Assembly (NCBI GenBank): GCA_964593705.1
Contig: CAZQIV010000015.1
Span: 11,454-75,453, forward strand
From: an uncultured Lentimicrobiaceae bacterium
GTDB lineage: Bacteria; Bacteroidota; Bacteroidia; Bacteroidales; 4484-276
Direction: 5' to 3'
DNA: 64,000 nt
The position numbers were made by a program, and so were the translations under genes. Within the stretch, counting starts at the first letter, position 1; every line of letters begins with the position of its first letter. Under the pieces are notes generated by a model. It worked only from the letters and a program-made list of their open reading frames with translations. It searched no databases and was not told the origin of the DNA. This document shows, in pieces, positions 51,993 to 59,805 of this stretch.

Positions 51993-52457
51993 ATGAATAA
52001 GATAGAGGAGGTGCTTCAAAACTTTCCGAATCACGATCGGGAAAATTTGCTCCCGATTTTGCAGGAAATACAAAAAGCCGAAGGATACATTTCGGAAGAT
52101 GCCGTAGTAAAAGTTGGGAGTTATCTAAATATTCCTACCAGTAAAGTGTATGCAGTATCCACCTTTTACGACCAATTTAGGTTTACAGATAAGGCAAAAT
52201 ACCAAATACATCTTTGCAATGGTACTACCTGCCATCTGGAGGGTGCAGGTAACTTGTTGAAGGCATTTGAAAAGCAACTGAATATTTCGTCAGGACAATT
52301 GACAAAAGACAAATTGTTTGGCATAGCTACCAAACCTTGCATGGGCGCTTGTGGTATGGCTCCGGTTGTTAAAGTAAATGAAAAATTTTATACAGGTTTT
52401 ACTTTGGACAGGGTACAAGAGCTAATTGCTTCGATAAAAGAAAGCGAGGGGGTGTGA
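51993..52457 (+). CDS. hydC: [FeFe]-hydrogenase NuoE-like [2Fe-2S] subunit
   Basis: 154 aa with 'HLCNGTTCHLEGA' and 'KPCMGACGMAPV'. Overlaps hydB by ATGA (52454-52457). Confidence 0.9.
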   Translation: MNKIEEVLQNFPNHDRENLLPILQEIQKAEGYISEDAVVKVGSYLNIPTSKVYAVSTFYDQFRFTDKAKYQIHLCNGTTCHLEGAGNLLKAFEKQLNISSGQLTKDKLFGIATKPCMGACGMAPVVKVNEKFYTGFTLDRVQELIASIKESEGV

Positions 52458-54397
52458 TGGTAACAGAACCCGATTCAAAATATTTAATCGAAAATGTAGT
52501 ATCGAATTTCACACGCGAATACGATGAAAAGGTTCAAAAAAAGATGAACTTTTTGTTGAGGAGAAATTTGAAAAAGCCTGTGATTTTTGTCGGAACCGGT
52601 ACCTGTGGCATTGCAGCAGGGGCAGATCAAACACTTGTAGCTGTTGAAACGTATTTAAAAAAAAATCAATTAGATGCCGATATAGTTGAAGTTGGCTGTA
52701 TTGGACTGTGTAGTGCAGAGCCCCTGCTCGACTTTCAAACACCAGGAAAAGCACGGGTGAGTTTTCAGAAAGCAGGCCATTCAAAAGTTGAAACCATCCT
52801 TGATGAATGTTTTCATAACCATATTTCGGGCAATAATGTTTTAGGTCAGGTTAGGAATGATGAACATGAGTATTGGGAAGGTATTCCCATCATCAATGAT
52901 TTGCCTTTTTTTAAAAAACAAAAACGGGTGTTGCTGTTTGACTGTGGCGAAATTGCACCAAACAGTATTAATGAATACATGGCCCGGGAAGGCTACATGG
53001 CTTTTGTCAAAACCATTTTAAATTACCCCCCCGACATGGTCTGCAATATGATCGAACAAAGTGGCCTCAGGGGAAGGGGTGGTGGGGGTTTTCCAACTGC
53101 CAAAAAATGGAATGTGGTGAGGTCGATCGGTGGAGAACAAAAGTACCTGGTTTGCAATGCCGATGAAAGCGATCCCGGAGCCTATATGGATCGGGCGCTT
53201 GTTGAGGGAAATCCCCACAGGCTGATTGAAGGAATGGCCATTGCCGCGTATGCCATCGGGGCTACGAAAGCTTATGTTTACATCCGCTCTGATTATTCGG
53301 TTGCAGTAAAGCGTTTAAAAAGCGCTTTGGAACAGGCAAAAGAAAATGGGTTTTTGGGAAGGAACATATTTGGCAGCGGAGTTAATTTGCAGATATTTTT
53401 ACGCGAAGGCCCGGGTGCTTTTGTGTGTGGTGAAGAAACAGCATTATTGAAAAGCCTGGAAGGCCGGCGGGGTATGCCACGATCAAAACCTCCCTATCCA
53501 AGCGAAAAAGGATTATTTGGTAAGCCTACGATTGTAAACAATGTGGAGACCCTGGCAAATGTTCCCTTGATTATTTTGAATGGTCCCAAGTGGTTTAAGG
53601 CCATCGGAACACCCGAAAGTGCAGGCACAAAACTCTTTGCCCTGGCTGGTGATACGATAAATACAGGAATTATTGAAGTTCCTTTTGGCATCGGCCTCGA
53701 TGAGATAATTTACGAAATTGGCGGAGGACTGAAAGATGAAAAAATGCTTAAAGCTGTCCAAATCGGTGGGCCTTCGGGCAGCCTGATTCCCGAACAAAAT
53801 ATCGATATAAAAATAGATTACGATGCTTTCAAAGCTGCTTACCTGATTATGGGTTCCGGTGGTCTTGTGGTAATGGACAACAGGAAGTGCATTGTTGATA
53901 CTGTTAAGTATTTTATTGATTTCCTCCAGAAAGAATCTTGTGGGAAGTGCATCCCCTGCCGCGAAGGCACCAACAGAATGTACAAGATTTTGGATGCCAT
54001 TACACAACGGCCTGATGAGGATAATGGCCATGAGTCTCTTATGCGATTTAAGGGTATTTTGCAACTCGAAAGCCTGGCTGAAGTAATCAGCGAAACCTCA
54101 CTTTGTGGCTTGGGTAAAACTGCTCCAAATCCTGTTCTGTCGGCGCTCAAATGGTTCAGGGACGAGTTTGAAGAACACATTTACGAAAGGAAATGCAGGG
54201 CCAATGTTTGTAAGGATTTACGTACTTATATAATCAGTGCCGAACGGTGTACCGGATGCATGGTGTGTTTGAAAAAATGCCCGGAAGATGCCATCACAGG
54301 TTCTGCCAGGCAAACACATTTTATCAACCAGGCAAAGTGTACAAAATGCGGTGTTTGCTATGATGTATGTAAATTTTCAGCTATTGATATTTTATAA
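52454..54397 (+). CDS. hydB: [FeFe]-hydrogenase NuoF-like flavoprotein subunit (NAD(P)H-binding)
   Basis: 647 aa. N-terminal thioredoxin-like 2Fe-2S, FMN site 'GLRGRGGGGFPT', 'CGKCIPCREG', and two C-terminal 4Fe-4S motifs ('CTGCMVCLKKCP', 'CTKCGVCYDVC'). Confidence 0.92.
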   Translation: MMVTEPDSKYLIENVVSNFTREYDEKVQKKMNFLLRRNLKKPVIFVGTGTCGIAAGADQTLVAVETYLKKNQLDADIVEVGCIGLCSAEPLLDFQTPGKARVSFQKAGHSKVETILDECFHNHISGNNVLGQVRNDEHEYWEGIPIINDLPFFKKQKRVLLFDCGEIAPNSINEYMAREGYMAFVKTILNYPPDMVCNMIEQSGLRGRGGGGFPTAKKWNVVRSIGGEQKYLVCNADESDPGAYMDRALVEGNPHRLIEGMAIAAYAIGATKAYVYIRSDYSVAVKRLKSALEQAKENGFLGRNIFGSGVNLQIFLREGPGAFVCGEETALLKSLEGRRGMPRSKPPYPSEKGLFGKPTIVNNVETLANVPLIILNGPKWFKAIGTPESAGTKLFALAGDTINTGIIEVPFGIGLDEIIYEIGGGLKDEKMLKAVQIGGPSGSLIPEQNIDIKIDYDAFKAAYLIMGSGGLVVMDNRKCIVDTVKYFIDFLQKESCGKCIPCREGTNRMYKILDAITQRPDEDNGHESLMRFKGILQLESLAEVISETSLCGLGKTAPNPVLSALKWFRDEFEEHIYERKCRANVCKDLRTYIISAERCTGCMVCLKKCPEDAITGSARQTHFINQAKCTKCGVCYDVCKFSAIDIL

Positions 54398-54429
54398 AGT
54401 AAAATTCATGAAGTTTCAAGTAAACGAAC

Positions 54430-54518
54430 ATAACGAATAATACCGGGCTTCGCTCGAGCATCCTCGAAAAGTTACGAAAATCAAGATTTTCTACTTTTCG
54501 GGACAATTAACCAATAAC
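54430..54518. repeat. Composite hairpin element E1, 'empty' form, in the hydB-hydA spacer
   Basis: ataacgaataataccgggcttcgctcgagcatcctcgaaaagttacgaaaatcaagattttctacttttcgggacaattaaccaataac. It is homologous to 56701-56797 and, in reverse orientation, to 61160-61271 and 62300-62432. Confidence 0.85.
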
Positions 54519-54531
54519 TCCAAAGCTTCAC

Positions 54532-56253
54532 ATGATCTTCAATATCGAAGTAAATAATAAAACCATCAGAGCAAAGAAAGGAGACACCATTCTTGAAACA
54601 CTCAGGAGAAATGGTATTTCGGTGCCAACGCTTTGCAACATGGAGACATTCTCGCCTACGGGAGCTTGCCGGATTTGTGTGGTTGAAGTAGATGGCCACG
54701 ATGACCTGATTCCTGCCTGCTCGCACCCTGTGGATGAGTGGATGAAAATACATACTCATTCTCCAAAGGTGATAAGGGCAAGAAGAACGATTGTTGAATT
54801 ATTGCTTTCCAGCCATCCGGATGATTGCCTTTACTGCATCCGAAATAAGAATTGTGAATTGCAAACCCTGGCCGAAGAATTGGGAATTAGGGAGCGTCGT
54901 TTGCCGATTGTAAAAAAGAATCTGAAAAAAGACCCCTCCTGTTCCAGCATAGTGCGCGATCCGGATAAGTGCATTCTTTGTGGAAGGTGTGTGCGGATGT
55001 GTAAAGAGAAAATTGGGGTTTCCACCTTCGATTTTATCGGAAAAGGAATGAAAACAATTGTTGGCCCAACATTCAACAATCTGCTCAATATTTCCAATTG
55101 CATCACCTGCGGGCAGTGCATCATGGTTTGCCCAACGGGAGCATTACACGAGAAAGAACATATAGGTCAGGTGCATGAGGCCTTGCAAAATCCAGAGAAA
55201 TACACAGTTGTCCAGATTTCGCCAACAATTTCAGTTTCGCTGGCCGAAGAATTTAATGTGAAATCAGGTAAGGAAATGGATGGACTTTTGGTAGCAACAC
55301 TTCGGAAGATCGGTTTTAAAAAAGTTTTTAAAACAGCTTTTGCTGCCGATATTATGGTGTTGCAAATCGTTGAAGAACTGGTAAGCCGGATTGAGCAAAA
55401 TGAAAACCTCCCCATGTTTTCGAGCGATTGTCCGGCATTTATCAAGTATATGGAAGAATACCATCCCGACATGCTTCATCATATTTCGGTTTACAAATCA
55501 CCACAACAAATCATGGGCAGCCTTATCAAACATCATTTTTCGCGTCAACAAAAGATAAAGGCTGAACAGATTCATTCAGTATCGCTTATGCCCTGTACTG
55601 CAAAAAAGTTTGAAGCACAACGCGAGGAAAACACGCACAAGGGTATCCAGGATGTGGATTCGGTGCTTACTACACGTGAGCTTGCACGACTAATTCGTCT
55701 CTATGGATTGGATATTCAGCAGGCCGAACCTGAATTAGCTGACAGCCCTTTTGCCATTCGCAGTTCGGCGGGTAAAATAATTGGAGCAAGCGGGGGGGTG
55801 GCCGAGGCGGTTTATCGCACACTTTATCACACCATGACAGGTAAAAATCTTTTAAACTTCAAAATTACAGCCTTGCGAAGCAACAAAAATGTGAAAGAAC
55901 TCCATAGCAAAATTGGAAAAACCAAGATTGGTATTGCCGCGGTAAATGGACTTGAAAATGCTAAGGATCTCATACGACAAATTAAAGCAGGCAGGGACGA
56001 TTTACAATTTATCGAGGTAATGGTTTGTCCGGGAAGTTGCATTAACGGTGGAGGACAACCCATATCAAAGAATAAAGAGGCCGTAAAAGCCAGGATGAAA
56101 TCATTGTATGATATCGATGAAAAGGAGTCGATAAAAGTATCGTATAAAAATCCGGCAGTGAAAGATCTGTTTGAAAAATACGATGGAAAGGAGAAAGAAT
56201 CATTCAGGGAAAAACTCAAAACAAGTTACAGAAAAAGGGATGTATTGCTATAA
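54532..56253 (+). CDS. hydA: [FeFe]-hydrogenase large subunit (M3 architecture) with non-canonical L1 motif
   Basis: 573 aa. N-terminal plant-type 2Fe-2S, a His/Cys 4Fe-4S, and 2x[4Fe-4S] ('CILCGRCVRMC', 'CITCGQCIMVCP'). H-domain motifs are 'PMFSSDCPAF', 'LMPCTAKKFE' and 'EVMVCPGSCINGGGQP'. Confidence 0.9.
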   Translation: MIFNIEVNNKTIRAKKGDTILETLRRNGISVPTLCNMETFSPTGACRICVVEVDGHDDLIPACSHPVDEWMKIHTHSPKVIRARRTIVELLLSSHPDDCLYCIRNKNCELQTLAEELGIRERRLPIVKKNLKKDPSCSSIVRDPDKCILCGRCVRMCKEKIGVSTFDFIGKGMKTIVGPTFNNLLNISNCITCGQCIMVCPTGALHEKEHIGQVHEALQNPEKYTVVQISPTISVSLAEEFNVKSGKEMDGLLVATLRKIGFKKVFKTAFAADIMVLQIVEELVSRIEQNENLPMFSSDCPAFIKYMEEYHPDMLHHISVYKSPQQIMGSLIKHHFSRQQKIKAEQIHSVSLMPCTAKKFEAQREENTHKGIQDVDSVLTTRELARLIRLYGLDIQQAEPELADSPFAIRSSAGKIIGASGGVAEAVYRTLYHTMTGKNLLNFKITALRSNKNVKELHSKIGKTKIGIAAVNGLENAKDLIRQIKAGRDDLQFIEVMVCPGSCINGGGQPISKNKEAVKARMKSLYDIDEKESIKVSYKNPAVKDLFEKYDGKEKESFREKLKTSYRKRDVLL

Positions 56254-56700
56254 AAGAGTATGGAAATTGGAGAATAAATAGAAAAGAAAACTTGATTATC
56301 AATAATCAAAAACGATTAATCTGCCGCTGGCCGGAAAAGCTCAACAACTAATAAAAGGTACTACTGCGAATTTAGTGGAAAGTAAAATATTAATCATGAG
56401 TAGTAAAATAGATTTCTCAGTCCCCGAAGTGTCGGGGCAGGCTGCAAACTTCTTCGAAATGACAGGGCTTTGGCGGGTTTGTTGGGGTGGTTGAAAGTGG
56501 GCGCTTCGCGCCCACTTTCAACCACCCCTTGTGGAGTCCTATCCTTGTGTTTTCGAACCGCCAACTGGCGGTGAGACCTACCTCGCCAACACCATTGCTT
56601 ACACTAACGGCCCGCTTCGCAGCGAGGCGAGCAAGGCGGGAATCTGTTTACGGTGATAGTAATTATTTACATCCACGAAAATGGTAATAGAACCTAATAT

Positions 56701-56797
56701 AATAACGAATAACTAATAATGCCGAGCTTTGCTCGGGCATCCTCGAAAAATTACGAAAATCAAAGATTTTCTATTTTTCGGGACCAATAACCATTAA
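56701..56797. repeat. Composite hairpin element E1, 'empty' form, upstream of the hydrogenase-kinase gene
   Basis: ataacgaataactaataatgccgagctttgctcgggcatcctcgaaaaattacgaaaatcaaagattttctatttttcgggaccaataac..., in the same orientation as 54430-54518. Confidence 0.85.
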
Positions 56798-56875
56798 CGA
56801 ATAACCAATAACCATTAACGAATAACCATTAACCAATAACCATTAACCAATAACGAATAACTAATAACGAACACC
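56784..56875. repeat. Degenerate heptamer microsatellite (NAWTAAC x ~13)
   Basis: caataac cattaac gaataac caataac cattaac gaaataac cattaac caataac cattaac caataac gaataac taataac. It ends 4 nt before ATG 56879. Shorter runs of the same words occur at 49531-49572, 54505-54518 and 32243-32275. Confidence 0.85.
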
Positions 56876-56878
56876 CCA

Positions 56879-58867
56879 ATGAGTCACTCGAAACGTAAAC
56901 AATTGGTATTTACTGTAAAAGACCGCTGCAGGGTATGCTACACCTGCGTAAGAGAGTGTCCTGTAAAGGCCATTCGTATTGAAAATGGCCAGGCCGAAGT
57001 GATCAATGAGCGCTGCATTGGCTGCGGTAATTGTACCATAGTGTGCAGCCAGGGCGCTAAAGTTTTTTTGCAAACAGGTGATGATTTAAAAACCTTGCTA
57101 CAGGAAGGGCAAAAAGTAGCAGCAATCATTGCCCCAAGTTTTCCGGCTGAATTTACCGAAATAGATGATTACAAAACCTTTGTCGGGATGGTAAGGAAAT
57201 TAGGTTTTAACCTGGTTTGCGAGGTAGCTTTTGGTGCAGATATGGTAGCGAGGGAATATAAAAAAATGCACCATGAGCGGGGTAAGCTTGGGAGCATCTC
57301 ATCTGATTGTCCCGCGATTGTATTTTATATTGAGCATTACCATCCCCACCTGGTAAAGGATTTGGCAAAAGTTGTTTCGCCTATGGTAGCCATGACACGG
57401 GTTGTAAAAGAAAAATATGGCAGCGATACCAAAGTTGTTTTCATTGGCCCCTGCATTGCTAAAAAAGCTGAGTCGGATGAAGTTGATGAGTCTATTACTT
57501 TTAAGGAATTAAGAGATCTTTTTACAGCAAACAATATTACCCCAAAAAACACCGACTCCACAGACTTTGATCCGCCCCATGCAGGAAAAGGAGCAATTTT
57601 CCCTGTAAGTCGCGGATTGTTGCAAACAGCAGGTATTTCAGAGGATATCATTAACGAAAATGTAATTGTTGCTTCAGGGAGGGTTAATTTCAGGGAGGCT
57701 GTCAGGGAATTTGAAAACGAAGAAGAAGATAAGCACCACCTAGAGCTCTTATGCTGTCGGGGTTGTATTGTTGGTCCGGGAATGTCGAAACGAGGTTCGA
57801 GATACAGCCGACGTACCAAGGTGAGTAATTACGTTAGAAAAAGATTGCAGGACATCGACAAGAGTGAATGGGGAAAAAATGTAGAAAAGTACAGCACACT
57901 CAATTATCAGCAGCAGCACGATGTTCGGGATCGCAGGCTGCCGGTGCCAAGCGAAGACCAAATCAGGGAAGTATTGGAAACTATTGGGAAATTTGAAGAA
58001 AAAGATCATTTAAATTGTGGTTCCTGCGGTTACGATACCTGCCGCGAACATGCCATTGCCATTGTGCAGGGACTGGCCGAGGATGAAATGTGTCTTCCCT
58101 ACAGCATCGAAAAATTACATCAATCCATTAGTGACCTTAACACCTCAAATAAAAACCTGGCTTCAACAAGACAGGCATTGAAGCAATCAGAAAAACTCGT
58201 AAGCCTGGGGCGCCTTTCAGCCGGAATTGCGCATGAGCTTAACAATCCCCTGGGTGTAATTACCATGTACAGCAACATTCTTAAAGATGAAGCGGCCGAA
58301 GACGATCCGGTCCGTCAGGATCTTGATCTCATTATAGAACAGGCTGCAAGATGCAAGAAAATTGTTGGTGGCTTACTCAATTTTGCACGGAAAAGTCAGG
58401 TTAACCTTAGCCCAACCAATATTATCGATTTTGTAAAACAAAGTCTAACATCCGTAATTAAACCTGAGAATATCATCATTGATTTTCAAAGTGAAATATC
58501 AAATCCAATGGCCAATATTGATACCGACCAGATGATGCAGGTGCTAACCAACCTTGAAAAGAATGCGGTGGAAGCCATGCCCGATGGTGGAATACTTAGT
58601 ATAACTCTTAATAATGATGCTGAACAAATTTTTATCAATATTGGCGATACAGGTACAGGTATTTCAAAAGAAAATATGGAACATGTTTTCACGCCATTTT
58701 TTACTACAAAAGGAATTGGCCAAGGTACAGGGCTCGGCCTGCCGTTGGTTTATGGAATAGTAAAAATGCACAAGGGGAAGATTGATGTCGTTTCAAATGC
58801 CGATCCTGAATCCGGGTCAACAGGAACTACTTTTAAAGTAAGCTTTCCGCGAGCTTTGGAGAATTGA
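56879..58867 (+). CDS. Sensory [FeFe]-hydrogenase H-domain fused to a histidine kinase
   Basis: 662 aa. 2x[4Fe-4S] ('CRVCYTCVRECP', 'CIGCGNCTIVCS'). H-domain 'ISSDCPAIV', 'FIGPCIAKKAE' and 'LLCCRGCIVGPG'. CX2CX4CX16C motif ('CGSCGYDTC...C'). Then HisKA 'SAGIAHELNNPLG' and HATPase_c boxes ('NLEKNAVEAM', 'IGDTGTGI', 'GTGLGLPLV'). Confidence 0.87.
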   Translation: MSHSKRKQLVFTVKDRCRVCYTCVRECPVKAIRIENGQAEVINERCIGCGNCTIVCSQGAKVFLQTGDDLKTLLQEGQKVAAIIAPSFPAEFTEIDDYKTFVGMVRKLGFNLVCEVAFGADMVAREYKKMHHERGKLGSISSDCPAIVFYIEHYHPHLVKDLAKVVSPMVAMTRVVKEKYGSDTKVVFIGPCIAKKAESDEVDESITFKELRDLFTANNITPKNTDSTDFDPPHAGKGAIFPVSRGLLQTAGISEDIINENVIVASGRVNFREAVREFENEEEDKHHLELLCCRGCIVGPGMSKRGSRYSRRTKVSNYVRKRLQDIDKSEWGKNVEKYSTLNYQQQHDVRDRRLPVPSEDQIREVLETIGKFEEKDHLNCGSCGYDTCREHAIAIVQGLAEDEMCLPYSIEKLHQSISDLNTSNKNLASTRQALKQSEKLVSLGRLSAGIAHELNNPLGVITMYSNILKDEAAEDDPVRQDLDLIIEQAARCKKIVGGLLNFARKSQVNLSPTNIIDFVKQSLTSVIKPENIIIDFQSEISNPMANIDTDQMMQVLTNLEKNAVEAMPDGGILSITLNNDAEQIFINIGDTGTGISKENMEHVFTPFFTTKGIGQGTGLGLPLVYGIVKMHKGKIDVVSNADPESGSTGTTFKVSFPRALEN

Positions 58868-58911
58868 ATTAATGGAGATTGGTTAAAAGTTTAATGAGTA
58901 AAATCTAAAAA

Positions 58912-58986
58912 CCCAAACGCTACTGATTTTTAGCGCTTCTCCCTTTAGGGTCTGGGGTAAAAAGCGCTAAAAATCAGTAGTTTGGG
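58912..58986. repeat. Long hairpin with another module in its loop
   Basis: The stem cccaaacgctactgatttttagcgctt / aagcgctaaaaatcagtag-tttggg encloses ctccctttagggtctggggt, a module also seen at 61022-61045. Confidence 0.8.
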
Positions 58987-59080
58987 AAAGTCCCCTTCAG
59001 GGGATTTAGGGGTATTAAGGCTTTTTAGATTGGTCTCTTTAATTATTTAACAATTAAAAACTGAAAAATTAGTATAGAAA

Positions 59081-59467
59081 ATGAAGAAAACAATTTTGAT
59101 TGTTGATGATGATATGGATTACCTGTTTCAATTGAAATTAAAAGTTGAAAAGTTTGGCTTTGATGTGGTAACTGCTGATGGGCAACGCGAAGGTGAAAAA
59201 GTAATTGAATCGCTCAAGCCCGATTTGGCCATTATTGATTTGATGATGGAAAACGAAGACAGTGGATTTGTATTGAGCTATAAAATAAAAAAGAAATACC
59301 CCAATGTGCCGGTAATCCTCGCCACCGCAGTTACTGCCGAAACAGGCATGGGTTTCGATCTGAGCGAAGCAAGTAACAAAGAATGGATTAAGGCCGATTT
59401 AATCCTGGACAAAGGTATCCGGGGCGATCAACTCGAAAAAGAGATTAAGAAATTATTAAAAATATAG
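59081..59467 (+). CDS. Stand-alone response-regulator receiver (CheY-like)
   Basis: 128 aa with 'ILIVDDD', phospho-acceptor context 'DLAIIDLMM', and a conserved T/K region. No output domain. Confidence 0.85.
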   Translation: MKKTILIVDDDMDYLFQLKLKVEKFGFDVVTADGQREGEKVIESLKPDLAIIDLMMENEDSGFVLSYKIKKKYPNVPVILATAVTAETGMGFDLSEASNKEWIKADLILDKGIRGDQLEKEIKKLLKI

Positions 59468-59805
59468 ATATCGTTGCATATTTAATGGACAGCTTTAATT
59501 GTTTTTTTTGAACCTTTGTGCCTCCGTGCCTCTGTGGTTTGTATTTTGACCACGAAGTCACAAAGGCACAAAGTAAAATATTGCCGCCATAATTTATTTA
59601 ATATTTTGAGATGATATGATTCAGAAAAACTGTATGTTAAAAATTTTAATACAAAAATCAATGGTAAATAGAAATTCGCTGATGGCTATCGGGGCTAAGG
59701 ACTGATCCCGAAAGCTATCGGGACTGAGAACTGATGTGTAAAAAAGCAATTGAATTTATAAGTAGGTGTTCAAAATAATAGTCGCAGAACTAAATTATAC
59801 AAAGT

